From Desulfurococcales archaeon (GTDB taxonomy: Archaea; Thermoproteota; Thermoprotei_A; Sulfolobales; NBVN01), in contig JAMOOZ010000117.1 in assembly GCA_027064885.1 (NCBI GenBank), positions 1-47,086 of the forward strand: a stretch of DNA of 47,086 bases. Direction: 5' to 3'. Of the stretch, positions 1-8,825 are shown in pieces; within the stretch, counting starts at the first letter, position 1, and each line of letters opens with the position of its first letter. The notes under the pieces are model-generated. The model saw only the letters and a list, made by a program, of their open reading frames with translations. It did not search any database and had not been told where the DNA came from. The position numbers were made by a program, and so were the translations under genes.

Positions 1-577
1 ATGGATTTGCATGGTAACGTTCGATTCCATGCGTGAAGAATTGCATGGCGGCGGATTTGCACGGCGCGACGGCGCGATGGAAATGAAAATGCATAGTGTA
101 TTGGTTAGCTGAATATAGTATAGTACTAGTTATTAATGCGTGGTTTTTTGCGTTGGCTGTGCAAAAAATGTTTTTTGCAGCGTTTCGATCCGTTTTTAAC
201 CTGTTAGATGGCTGTTTGGTTAGAGGCCTGTTTAACCTGTTGGCTGGGGGTTTGGTTTTGCGTGTGTTTAACGGGTTTGCTGGGGTTTTGGTTAGATGGC
301 TGGCTAGTGTTTTGGCGGTGTTTTTGATCCGTTTTGGCTGGCTTTGATTCTACTCGAGGATGACAGGTTATAGCTCTGGCTTACCTGTGGCTGGGTAGAG
401 GGTGGCAGAGGAGAGAAGAGTGCTACAGGGCTGGGAGAGGGCACAGGCTGGCCTGACAGCCTAGAGTGAAGAATAGAGAGAGGAGTAGAATACAGGGCAG
501 AAAGAGAGGTGGAACCGCGGGAAGGGTGCGAGAGAAAAGGCTAGGGGGGCAGAGGCTGAGGGCTGAGAGACGAAAAA
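1..577. other. Non-coding strand-skewed region with short repeats (candidate terminus/origin)
   Basis: G/T-rich + strand followed by a purine-rich tract; repeated TTTAACCTGTT (about 195, 230), GTTAGATGGC (203, 291), GATCCGTTTT (187, 326); ORFs here are low-complexity. Confidence 0.5.
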
Positions 578-1177
578 CTAGCAGGTACAGCGACAACCAT
601 GCAAGCTACGGTTGTAGAGCCTGGACAGGGTATAGACTATGCGTAGGAGATAGTAGGCCCTCTCGGCGATATCGACATAGGTAAAGTTGCCTAGACCTGG
701 GGCTGGCTTGCTAGCCTCATCAATCTCTCTCCTAGCCTCGCTAAGGAGGTTTTTAGTGATGTACTTGCCAGCATCACAGCAGTAATGTATGTCAACACCA
801 ATACTTCTCCCCCTACGGTTAAGAGCAAACTCTAGAAGCCCTAGAATGTCAGCAACGTAGCATAGTGCACTGCAACATATAGTATCCCCATCAGCCCTAA
901 TGTGCTCCGCGAACATGTCAATCTGCCTCTCAAGTATCCTAATCATGGCTAGGAATGGCTTAGTGGGATAGTCCATAGTTGGCACTTCAGCCCTAGCAAA
1001 ATCTGCTACAGTGAGCTTCTCAGCCCCAGGATAGGCTGGCTTCACAATTATGAGAGGTGTAGAGATGCGAACGAGGTAGTGTATTCTGAAGCCTGGAACC
1101 TCAATTTTCTCATAATAGTGGAAGCCGAGTTTTTCAGGAGCGTACTCTTCGAATCCAACTCTTATCCTCTCACTCAT
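578..1177 (-). CDS. Hypothetical protein (about 199 aa)
   Basis: ORF 578..1330; ATG at 1177 (MSERIRV) follows a GGAGTGA SD-like sequence and a TATA-like promoter. Confidence 0.7.
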   Translation of the reverse strand: MSERIRVGFEEYAPEKLGFHYYEKIEVPGFRIHYLVRISTPLIIVKPAYPGAEKLTVADFARAEVPTMDYPTKPFLAMIRILERQIDMFAEHIRADGDTICCSALCYVADILGLLEFALNRRGRSIGVDIHYCCDAGKYITKNLLSEARREIDEASKPAPGLGNFTYVDIAERAYYLLRIVYTLSRLYNRSLHGCRCTC

Positions 1178-1184
1178 GGTCTCA

Positions 1185-1260
1185 CTCCGTGTGTATTCTT
1201 GCACGCTGGGGGGTTTTAAGCCTATCCACACTTGAGGCTGTGCGAATAGGCTTATAAGGG
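1185..1260. promoter_or_regulatory. Divergent promoter region
   Basis: Minus-strand GGCTTAAAACC box and plus-strand GGCTTATAAG between divergent genes; near copy at 2890-2966. Confidence 0.6.
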
Positions 1261-1293
1261 GCCCCAGGTATACCCCTACCAATTGGTGAGAAG

Positions 1294-1728
1294 GTGGCTG
1301 GGCAGAAGTGGACAACAATAAAGGTTCCAAAAGAAGTGGCGGAGAAAGTCAGGGAACTAAGAGCAAGGACTGGGAAGGCCAGCTGGCAGTTAGTACTAGA
1401 AGCACTATCATTCTACGAGAGTGCCCTCAGGTCAAGCAAGCATTTCAGTACTACAACAAACCTGGATAAGCTAGCATACTACATAATGAAGTTGGTTACT
1501 AGTGCTAGCTACTTCAAGTTCGAGACAAACGAAGAGAGTTACAACAAGTTCATGGAAGTTGTGAAACAGGTAGAGAACAGGTTGGGGGTAACATGTGAGG
1601 AGATAGAGCCCACAGCTAGGAAACTGCTAACCAAGAAAAACGGGAAGAATATTCACACCTTCAACATGAGCATAAAAACATGTATTATCAGGCTTATAGA
1701 AAAAATGCTAGCAGAAAGTGGCTCTTAG
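1294..1728 (+). CDS. Protein with N-terminal ribbon-helix-helix DNA-binding domain
   Basis: WTTIKVPKEVAEKVRELRARTGKASWQLVLEAL fits the RHH strand-helix-helix pattern. Confidence 0.7.
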   Translation: MAGQKWTTIKVPKEVAEKVRELRARTGKASWQLVLEALSFYESALRSSKHFSTTTNLDKLAYYIMKLVTSASYFKFETNEESYNKFMEVVKQVENRLGVTCEEIEPTARKLLTKKNGKNIHTFNMSIKTCIIRLIEKMLAESGS

Positions 1729-2058
1729 CATCTCTTTTACCGTCTCCTCCAACTCATTGAATATTTCTTTAGCCTCTCTCCTATCATAGGTTAAGCTATA
1801 TTTCTCAAAGCCCCACCATACCTCAACCTCTATCCTATCAGGGTAGAGCCTAACGTAGGTGTTGGGCCCACCAGTTGTCCTTGTTAGCGTTATCTCCTCA
1901 ATTATCGGAGCCCCACCTACCACGCTAACCTTAGCGGAGACTCCCAGAGCTTCGCTAAGGTACTTATCAATCCTACCACTCTTATAGTATGATAATAGTG
2001 TTTCTAGAGCTCTAACAGCAATGTTCACGAGTTCTTCCTTGCTCACCATTTCTCCCAC
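1708..2058 (-). CDS. Hypothetical protein
   Basis: 116-aa ORF, in tandem with 2066..2722; TTGGPNTYV motif. Confidence 0.7.
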   Translation of the reverse strand: MGEMVSKEELVNIAVRALETLLSYYKSGRIDKYLSEALGVSAKVSVVGGAPIIEEITLTRTTGGPNTYVRLYPDRIEVEVWWGFEKYSLTYDRREAKEIFNELEETVKEMLRATFC

Positions 2059-2065
2059 CCCACCG

Positions 2066-2722
2066 CTACTGTGCTAGAGCTCTTAGAGCCTCGACTAGTC
2101 GTAGAATCTCAGCTATTATCTTATCAGCTGTGTACCTTGCAATCCTCTCCATGGTTTCTTGGTTTGACAGTAGGTCTCTTGTAACCTCCAATGAGAACCT
2201 TTGTTTATACCTATAGTAGAGTTCTACACCACAGCATAGTTTGTAGCTGTCCTCGTCTTCGTAGGGTCTCAGGTACGCTAGTGATGTCGTCTCGTTATTC
2301 CATACGAACCTGAAGGGGAGCCCACAGTTCTCATTCTTGAAGTCTTCAACATGATAGTTTACACATTCCTCTATCTCCCTACTACATTTCTCTTCATCAT
2401 ACTCGCTACTTTCTGGGTCGCAGACCCTATAATTATCGATGTTTTGGCTTATACCATCTTGACAACTGTAGTAGAGCCCTTCAAACCATACACACTCCCT
2501 ATTAAGGTTGAGCAACCCAGTAACATCGAGTGCTACTTCAACTATTTCTTCAGCAAACCCATTACCGACATCCCTAGCATTAACGTATAACTCCCTGATA
2601 TCAACCATACCACCAAGCCTCTTCTCAATACCTTCCCTAACAAGAAGCCTTACCATACCTAGATACTCTGAAAGCCTAGGCTCAAGCTCCCAAACAGATA
2701 CAGGCCTAACCACAGTGCTCAC
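2066..2722 (-). CDS. Hypothetical acidic, Cys-containing protein
   Basis: 218-aa ORF with GGGGGTGAGAG SD upstream. Confidence 0.75.
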   Translation of the reverse strand: MSTVVRPVSVWELEPRLSEYLGMVRLLVREGIEKRLGGMVDIRELYVNARDVGNGFAEEIVEVALDVTGLLNLNRECVWFEGLYYSCQDGISQNIDNYRVCDPESSEYDEEKCSREIEECVNYHVEDFKNENCGLPFRFVWNNETTSLAYLRPYEDEDSYKLCCGVELYYRYKQRFSLEVTRDLLSNQETMERIARYTADKIIAEILRLVEALRALAQ

Positions 2723-2889
2723 TTCCTCTCACCCCCCTTTTGGGCTAGTTTTTTCGCGTACACGAACACACGGACTAGTTCCTCTAGAAGCCAAAAAATG
2801 GCTGTGAAAAATAACACGATAATGTAAGTGAGAGCTACTATTCTTCCCCCCAACTTCCCACCTTCCAGTTGTGTGTTTCTGTGCACACG

Positions 2890-2966
2890 TGGCTTATAAG
2901 CGTTTCACCCCATAGCGATCCAGGAGTAGGCTTAAATACCCCCCGCGTGCTATAGTGCACACGGAG
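2890..2966. promoter_or_regulatory. Divergent promoter region, near copy of 1185-1260
   Basis: GGCTTATAAG at 2891 and GTAGGCTTAAATACCCCCCGCGTGC...CACACGGAG at 2926-2966. Confidence 0.6.
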
Positions 2967-2980
2967 CCCAGAGCCCAGGG

Positions 2981-3493
2981 GTGGAGAAGATGGGTCTCCG
3001 TGAGAAGATTGAGGAGAAGGCCCTTGAAGTTGTGAGAAACAAGTTTTTCGAGGACATATTTAATGTTAGCTGCGAAGATAATATAGACTATCTAGCTAAC
3101 CTGTATGCATCAGCGAAATACGCTGGGTTCAGCGTGGTTATACTATACTCTGATGACATAGAAGAGCTCGAAAAACAGGGCTGGGACATTAGCGAGTTAT
3201 CCTTCAAGGTTACAAGGTCGCTGGCTGAGGTGTACCTTGTCGATATCACTGCACCAAACGGTAAGTCCACAAGGGTAAGAGTAGTGGTTAACACTGTTAT
3301 GACTAGTAAGCTGAGCAAGGAAGAGTGGAGGAAGTATAGCAAGTATGTTGAAGAGTACAAGGATAAGGTAGTTAGCTACGTGTTGAAGGATTGCAGAGAG
3401 AAGCTAGCCAAGGCAAAGAGTGAGATTGACAGCCTCAGGAAAGAGCTCGAAAAGTGTAAGGATAAACTTGTAGAGTGTGGTTGTGAGGCTTAG
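2981..3493 (+). CDS. Hypothetical protein with C-terminal coiled coil
   Basis: 170-aa ORF; heptad-like CREKLAKAKSEIDSLRKELEKCKDKL; T-tract follows. Confidence 0.75.
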   Translation: MEKMGLREKIEEKALEVVRNKFFEDIFNVSCEDNIDYLANLYASAKYAGFSVVILYSDDIEELEKQGWDISELSFKVTRSLAEVYLVDITAPNGKSTRVRVVVNTVMTSKLSKEEWRKYSKYVEEYKDKVVSYVLKDCREKLAKAKSEIDSLRKELEKCKDKLVECGCEA

Positions 3494-3499
3494 CCCCAG

Positions 3500-3510
3500 C
3501 TTTTTTTCCG
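3500..3510 (+). terminator. Oligo-T archaeal terminator
   Basis: T7 tract just after the 3493 stop. Confidence 0.5.
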
Positions 3511-3589
3511 CCATGTTTTTTCATTCTCATGTTTTCCCACCGTTTTCCCACCTTTTTACTGGTTTTGTCTGGATCAAAATGGGGGGTTT

Positions 3590-3720
3590 GCATGCGGTTC
3601 ATGCGGTAGTTTCTACTATTTTTGTGAGTCGGCGTTTCCGACTGGTGCGGGTTTCAGGTGCGCGTGTGGGGGCGGGGGCTGCATGCGGTTCATGCGGTAG
3701 ATGCGGTGCGTGCGGTTGTG
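3590..3720. repeat. 20-bp direct repeat with extra TGCGGT units in a G/T-rich non-coding tract
   Basis: GCATGCGGTTCATGCGGTAG at 3590-3609 and 3681-3700; more (A)TGCGGT at 3701 and 3711. Confidence 0.8.
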
Positions 3721-4027
3721 TGGCCCCTGGGCTGGCCTCTGGGTTGGCTTCTGGGCTGGGGGTTGGGGTGGGGGGTGGCTTGGGTTTCTGGCGTGCGGTT
3801 TGTGTGGCTGGCGGGCTGGTGTTTTGGCGTGTGGTGTTGTGGACGGGTGTTCGGCTGGATCGATTAGACTCCAGTTTTTGTTTCGGGTATGCGGTTTTTT
3901 GACTGTCTCCCTGCGCGGCCTGGTGTTCGGGTGGCTTCAGGGCTGGCTGGACGCTTGTCCTCGTGCGGTGGCTGGCTGTGCGCGTGTTGGGGCGTAGGGG
4001 TTTTCGCCTGGGGGGAAGCAGTATGCC

Positions 4028-4462
4028 ATGCCGTGGAGGCTGGAGGCTGGGAGGGTGAGCCAGGGGGAGCTGACAACAATACCCTACGACGACAAGACCA
4101 CGCTGGAGCAGCTGAGGAGCACGGTGAGGGCAGCACCAGACAAGCTCCCAGAAAGGGTACGGGTAAGGATAACATACTGGCAAAGCCCCAACTGCAAGAG
4201 AGAATACGAGAAAACACGGAGACAAATAATGGAACTATGCGCAGAAGCAGGCCCATGCCCACCAGCAAGAATGATAAAGGCTTTAGCCGCCGCCTTCTGC
4301 TCTGGCTCCTCTACCTGCTCTGGCAAGTGCTCTACTGGCAGCAGGGCCTCTATGCACCGCGTCTGCTCCATAACCTTCTTCATTAGTGGTATCAAGGCAT
4401 CCTGGAACATCAGGTACAGCCCCCGAGCGCTGTTCCACAGCCTCACGCCCACTGGTATGTAG
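4028..4462 (+). CDS. Hypothetical protein
   Basis: N-terminal 85 aa look protein-like; 3' part overlaps the antisense ORF 4084..4617. Confidence 0.45.
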   Translation: MPWRLEAGRVSQGELTTIPYDDKTTLEQLRSTVRAAPDKLPERVRVRITYWQSPNCKREYEKTRRQIMELCAEAGPCPPARMIKALAAAFCSGSSTCSGKCSTGSRASMHRVCSITFFISGIKASWNIRYSPRALFHSLTPTGM

Positions 4463-4617
4463 CCGTTGCAGAACGGTATCTTCAGCTGCACAACCAGCAG
4501 CCTCTTGCTACGCCCATCGTAGTGCTCCATGCTTGACGGCGGCTGATACCAGTCTGGCGCCTTGGCCACTATTGTCCCGCCATACCTTATCATGCAGAGC
4601 TTCACCTTAATGTACAT
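4084..4617 (-). CDS. Hypothetical protein
   Basis: GGGGTG SD upstream; continues the minus-strand run from 4631..4891; C-terminus overlaps the + ORF. Confidence 0.55.
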   Translation of the reverse strand: MYIKVKLCMIRYGGTIVAKAPDWYQPPSSMEHYDGRSKRLLVVQLKIPFCNGYIPVGVRLWNSARGLYLMFQDALIPLMKKVMEQTRCIEALLPVEHLPEQVEEPEQKAAAKAFIILAGGHGPASAHSSIICLRVFSYSLLQLGLCQYVILTRTLSGSLSGAALTVLLSCSSVVLSS

Positions 4618-4630
4618 ACCTGCACACCCC

Positions 4631-4891
4631 CTAGAGCCTGGTTATATCCACTATTCCATCTGCACAGCTTATCCTTAGACCGTCTCGCGTAATCAGCATC
4701 GCCCGCTCGAACACCTCGTTGTCGCCGCCAACCTCAGCGTACACTATGTCTTCAATGTTTATCCTGAGGAAAACCTTAGCCTTTAGAGCAGACTCTGTGC
4801 ATATACCGATGGCCTTCTGTAGTATGTTGTCCCCAATCCTGTAGACGGGGGTGTGAGTCTGGGTTTTGGGCTCGGACATGTGCTCCACCAC
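4631..4891 (-). CDS. Hypothetical protein
   Basis: 86-aa ORF downstream of a CTTAAATAC TATA-like box (about 4915-4923, minus strand). Confidence 0.65.
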   Translation of the reverse strand: MVEHMSEPKTQTHTPVYRIGDNILQKAIGICTESALKAKVFLRINIEDIVYAEVGGDNEVFERAMLITRDGLRISCADGIVDITRL

Positions 4892-4982
4892 TTATTGTAA
4901 TGTGTGTAAAGCAGTATTTAAGGGTTATGCATGCATATACGCTCGGTCTCCTTGAATAATTCAAGTAACGAGTATGACTGTG

Positions 4983-5354
4983 CTATGGCGCTGCTGCCTC
5001 TACCTCTACGCTTGTGTCTGGCGTCTCCTGGAAGTGCAGGCGCACCCTCACGCGGATGGCGCCGTAGAGCTCGGGTGGGTGGTTTGCGAGCAGGGTGTCG
5101 GCTATGAGCCTGGATAGGGTGAGGGCTAGCTCTTCGGCTGTCCATGGCTTGCTGCGGGCTATAGCCTTCACGGCCTCCTCCAGGCTCCTATACTCCAGCG
5201 AGGCGCTGACGGCCCTGTAGCGGACTTCGACGGTTACAGGTGTTACGTCCCCCTTGACCGCGCACGGGAACTCTACGTGGGCTATCCTCACTGTTACCGT
5301 GAACGGCCTACCCATGCTGACTGGGACGGCCTTTATGGGGTGCGGGGCGGTCAA
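4983..5354 (-). CDS. QueF-like (T-fold) protein, possible preQ0 amidinotransferase/reductase
   Basis: EFPCAVKG..VTVEVRY..LEYRSL..TAEELA resembles the QueF/QueF-L pattern CPxTG..IxY..ELKSL..HEE; same operon as the TGT-like gene. Confidence 0.65.
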   Translation of the reverse strand: MTAPHPIKAVPVSMGRPFTVTVRIAHVEFPCAVKGDVTPVTVEVRYRAVSASLEYRSLEEAVKAIARSKPWTAEELALTLSRLIADTLLANHPPELYGAIRVRVRLHFQETPDTSVEVEAAAP

Positions 5355-5644
5355 TCTATCAGCCCCTCATAACGTAGTAGCTTTAGACCCCTCTCGGTTA
5401 TAGCGTACAGGTTTGAGCGGCCAACGTTGCCGACCAGCCTTACCATCTTGTACTTCTCAAGGCTTGTCAGCACCTGCCTTATGGCGGTGATGTCTATGTT
5501 GTCGCCGTACTTTTCGCGTAGGAGCCTGTGTATCTCTGGGGTAGTGAGTGGGCCCCTACGGTATAGCAGGTAGAGTATGAGCACGTCCCGCCTGGGCCTG
5601 GTTATGAACTCCACCTCCACGTCCTCCCCGCTCACTCCTCCCAC
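5351..5644 (-). CDS. Winged helix-turn-helix protein (PadR/ArsR-like)
   Basis: LILYLLYRRGPLTTPEI...LTSLEKYKMV...YAITERG. Confidence 0.85.
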   Translation of the reverse strand: MGGVSGEDVEVEFITRPRRDVLILYLLYRRGPLTTPEIHRLLREKYGDNIDITAIRQVLTSLEKYKMVRLVGNVGRSNLYAITERGLKLLRYEGLID

Positions 5645-5916
5645 TCCTCCTCGTCGAATGCGAAGGCGAAGAGCAGGGAGTCTAGGAGGTCTGCAACCTT
5701 CTCCTCCTGCTCCCTGTTACCGAGCTCGTAGTGTTTGTTAGTTACTATCTTGCCCTTAACCAGTATCACCCTAACATGGACACCTTCAACTATCAGGAAG
5801 ACCAGGGCGTTGGGGCAGCTGTACAGCCTTGCCCACTCCATCTCGCAGCCCACGCTGTATAGGAGCCTGCACATCCTCCTCTCAAGAACCTCCTCCACCG
5901 TGGGCACGGGCATCAC
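5632..5916 (-). CDS. Hypothetical protein
   Basis: 94-aa ORF tightly packed in the operon. Confidence 0.65.
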   Translation of the reverse strand: MMPVPTVEEVLERRMCRLLYSVGCEMEWARLYSCPNALVFLIVEGVHVRVILVKGKIVTNKHYELGNREQEEKVADLLDSLLFAFAFDEEEWEE

Positions 5917-5922
5917 CCCCGC

Positions 5923-6870
5923 CTAGAAGAGCTGGGGGTTTGCTAGGTGGCCGAGGGTGGCCTTGAGCTGGCTTTCAACCGCTTTCTGGTAGCATTTGCC
6001 GTCTAGCCTCTCGCAGCCGAGGACGGTGCGCCACTTGTACTTGTAGTTGAGGCCGTGGGCGCCAGTATCGCTTGCATAGTAGCGTGGGTGGCTGGCGAAC
6101 CATCTGACCGCCTCGGTGTGGAGGCCGAAGAAGTGGAAGCCCCGCACGAGCTCTGGCCAGCCGTAGGATAGGAAGTCCCTCATGAACTCTTTGAGGGTGC
6201 CAGCCGCCTTTCCTCCAGCAAGTATCGCTGTTTTGCCCTTGCTGCTGGGCTTCCTTACGCATACGCTGCCTACGCCGAAGACGCCACCGTAGGGCTCCCT
6301 TCCAGGGTTGAAGCTGAGGGTGTCGCTCAAGTGGTCGGCGTTGCCCAGGTGGAGCTGTAGGCTCTTCCAGTACTCCTCCACGGTGAAGCCCTGTAGTACG
6401 ACTATCATCTTCTCCAGGGCCGCTGGCTCCATACGCCTCAGCATCTTGGCGAAGAGCTGGTGTAGGCCAGCTGTAAGCCATATCCTTGCCGCCCTAAGGC
6501 TGGATGGGAGGAAGTCCCTGCCGTGTACTGGCACGTCTGGCATTGCGGCGGCGGTAACGTAGGGGTACCAGGCTGCTATCCACTTGCTGTAGTCTGTTAT
6601 CCACTTGTGGAGAGCCCTGTCGTCAAGGGCTTCCTGCTCAAGGTCGCTGGCCGACAGGTAGCTGAAAGCGCCGTTGTCGACGAATAGCGGGACATCATAC
6701 TTCTCTGAGAGCTTGCATGGCTTGCAGCCAGTCTTCCACTTGGCGAACCTTACCAGCACGCCTACCCTTATGCCTCGGAGCTTGTTGAGCCTCTCGTCCC
6801 ACTCCTTTATCTTGCTGTAGATGTCTTCGAGGTACCTTGTCTCGGCCACTGCTATGTAGAAGTACTTCAT
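5923..6870 (-). CDS. tRNA-guanine-transglycosylase-like protein (DpdA-type DNA 7-deazaguanine transglycosylase candidate)
   Basis: TGT barrel motifs in order: FVDNGAFS, MPDVP, VLQG, GVGSVC, HFFG, SDTG. Confidence 0.8.
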   Translation of the reverse strand: MKYFYIAVAETRYLEDIYSKIKEWDERLNKLRGIRVGVLVRFAKWKTGCKPCKLSEKYDVPLFVDNGAFSYLSASDLEQEALDDRALHKWITDYSKWIAAWYPYVTAAAMPDVPVHGRDFLPSSLRAARIWLTAGLHQLFAKMLRRMEPAALEKMIVVLQGFTVEEYWKSLQLHLGNADHLSDTLSFNPGREPYGGVFGVGSVCVRKPSSKGKTAILAGGKAAGTLKEFMRDFLSYGWPELVRGFHFFGLHTEAVRWFASHPRYYASDTGAHGLNYKYKWRTVLGCERLDGKCYQKAVESQLKATLGHLANPQLF

Positions 6871-7048
6871 TACCCGAGCCCCGAAGAACAGGCTTGCCCA
6901 TGATGTCTCGTTTTAAGGTGGGAGGGCTGGCTGTCGGATAGTTTCGACGTGGCCTGGAAGGGTTTTAACGGGCTGGCAGTATTACCCTGGGGGCTTTTAT
7001 CCCGACTGGTATTACCATGATGTTACCGCCGCTGGGCGGGCTGGGAGC

Positions 7049-7342
7049 ATGGAGCGTCGGGAGGTGCATGTTATCCTTCACAAGCTGACGGACGACGTTA
7101 CAGCCTTTGATGTCCACACGATAGGGGAGGAGGTGCACATAGAGTTTTTTGGCAGGAGGGGCGTGGCCAGCGATGTAGAGATTATCCTGCCCCTGGAGGA
7201 CGCCAAGGTTCTAGCAGCGAAGCTCGTGGCTGCCGTCCGCAGGGTTGAGAGCGAGAGGAGGAGGAGGACTAGGGAGTACCTGTTCGAGACTCTTAGCTAC
7301 CTACCAGAGAACCTTGCATGGCTTCTGGAGGGTGTGGGGTGA
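7049..7342 (+). CDS. Hypothetical protein
   Basis: 97-aa ORF with GGGAG SD; first gene of a regulator cluster. Confidence 0.7.
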   Translation: MERREVHVILHKLTDDVTAFDVHTIGEEVHIEFFGRRGVASDVEIILPLEDAKVLAAKLVAAVRRVESERRRRTREYLFETLSYLPENLAWLLEGVG

Positions 7343-7349
7343 GGCGGTC

Positions 7350-7523
7350 ATGAAGGTTGTAACGTTCAAGATTGACGACGACCTCCTGGAAAAGCTTGAC
7401 AGCTATGCTAGGCTGAAGGGGGTAACAAGGAGCGAGGTGATAAGGAAGGCTATAGAGTTGTACTTGAAGATTGAGGACTACGAAATAAAACCAAAACCTC
7501 GGATTGTGAGGCTGTTGAGCTAG
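7350..7523 (+). CDS. CopG-type ribbon-helix-helix regulator
   Basis: [35 protein letters not shown]; ATG at 7350. Confidence 0.9.
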   Translation: MKVVTFKIDDDLLEKLDSYARLKGVTRSEVIRKAIELYLKIEDYEIKPKPRIVRLLS

Positions 7524-7567
7524 CAAGGCTCAAGGTGGCCTATGAGACTGTGAGGGGGTGCGACTAC

Positions 7568-7705
7568 ATGCTTATAACGATAAAGCTGTGCAGGGAGCTT
7601 GTCAACATGCTTGACGATATTGCCAGGCGCAAGGGCACGGATAGGAGCAAGGTAATCAGGGAGGCGCTGATAGAGTACGTTATGAGGCATAGGAATGAGG
7701 GGTAG
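7568..7705 (+). CDS. CopG-type ribbon-helix-helix regulator (45 aa, not in the ORF track)
   Basis: Read from sequence: MLITIKLCRELVNMLDDIARRKGTDRSKVIREALIEYVMRHRNEG. Confidence 0.85.
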   Translation: MLITIKLCRELVNMLDDIARRKGTDRSKVIREALIEYVMRHRNEG

Positions 7706-7708
7706 AGC

Positions 7709-8005
7709 ATGTCTAGCCAGGCGCTAATGTGGATCGCTACGCTGAGCGAGAAGCAGAGGCTTACGCTGAGGCTGATAGCTGACTTCCTGCGGGAGAATGG
7801 TGGCAGGTGCTTCAACTACAGGAGGCTTAGGGCGTTCTGGGATAGGAGGAGGATGTGGAGGAGCCTGGAGTGGCATACGGCTGAGAGGGTAGTGAGGCTG
7901 TTCGCCGAGGATGGGCTGCTGGAGAGGAGGGGCAGGGGTAGGAGGGTCGAGTTCTGCCTCTCGGATAGGCTGGAAAAAATGCTCGGGGAGCTGGGCTGGC
8001 TATAG
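7709..8005 (+). CDS. Winged-helix-like DNA-binding protein
   Basis: LSEKQRLTLRLI...TAERVVRLFAEDGLLERRGRG. Confidence 0.65.
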   Translation: MSSQALMWIATLSEKQRLTLRLIADFLRENGGRCFNYRRLRAFWDRRRMWRSLEWHTAERVVRLFAEDGLLERRGRGRRVEFCLSDRLEKMLGELGWL

Positions 8006-8257
8006 CCCCTCGCACACCGTTTTTACTATCGCGTCAACAACCACTCCGACCCCCAGGCCCACCAGGTACTCTCGTATGTCGTGGTAGGCTCTGTCCCTGA
8101 TGTGCCACTCCTCGTCCAGCTCGTATATTACGAAGCCAATGAACATTATGGCTGGTATAACCTGTGGCAGCAGCATGGCTGCCAGGGCGGTGAGCAGCCC
8201 CCAGAGGTAGTGTGCTAGCCTGTGTACTGTGATGTAGGCTGCTCTTAGGGGGTTCAT
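8000..8257 (-). CDS. Small membrane protein
   Basis: ATG at 8257 (MNPLRAAY); hydrophobic segments; YELDEEWHIRD..DIREY motif. Confidence 0.65.
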   Translation of the reverse strand: MNPLRAAYITVHRLAHYLWGLLTALAAMLLPQVIPAIMFIGFVIYELDEEWHIRDRAYHDIREYLVGLGVGVVVDAIVKTVCEGL

Positions 8258-8259
8258 GG

Positions 8260-8787
8260 CTAGCTTACCGTTACCTTCCACTGTATGTACAGCTGGTCTC
8301 CACTGTAGAGTGTTACAGTGCTGAAGGTCTTCCTGGCTAGCATGTTTCCGCCGCTGGCCGCGTCGAAGATTCCGCTCTCGCATATCTGCCAGGTTGCGTT
8401 GGCTGTGAACGTTGCCTCCCAGACGGCGGTGTCGTTTGTTACGTTGGTTGTCGTCCTTGATACTGAGGCCTGCTGCCTTGCAACCTCGTGGCCTAGGGCT
8501 GTGTCGCTGGCCGACTCTGCCGCGCAGCTGCCTGGGTTGGAGGCGCTGCCGTCGCCTATCGCTATGTACCTGAACGGGGTTGTTACCACGCCGTTTATGA
8601 GGCCTGCCACCTGGGCCTTGCCAACGTTTGTTATCACGTTAGGCAGGACTCGGCGGAGTATCGTCCTGCCGCTCCTATCCCTTACCTCGATTATGACTGT
8701 ACCCTTGAGCCTTATCACCTGGCTGTCTGGCCTTCGCAGTCTCGGTATGCGCATGGGAGACCCCCATTCCAGGTAACTAGTTTTCAC
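8260..8787 (-). CDS. Tail-fibre N-terminal/collar-like beta protein (DUF3751-like)
   Basis: NVITNVG..YIAIGDG..DTALGHEVAR..ESGIFD..GNMLARKTF pattern typical of phage fibre-attachment domains; alternative start 8754. Confidence 0.7.
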   Translation of the reverse strand: MKTSYLEWGSPMRIPRLRRPDSQVIRLKGTVIIEVRDRSGRTILRRVLPNVITNVGKAQVAGLINGVVTTPFRYIAIGDGSASNPGSCAAESASDTALGHEVARQQASVSRTTTNVTNDTAVWEATFTANATWQICESGIFDAASGGNMLARKTFSTVTLYSGDQLYIQWKVTVS

Positions 8788-8825
8788 ACCCGAGTAGATA
8801 GGATATACGGCTACTGGGGGAGAAG

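Noticed and set aside
96-684. ORFs 96..347 and 466..684
   Set aside because: Composition reflects nucleotide skew (L/V/F/G or R/G rich); no convincing start signals
3477-4386. Several overlapping ORFs across the G/T-rich tract
   Set aside because: Low-complexity frames left open by scarcity of A; translations are not protein-like
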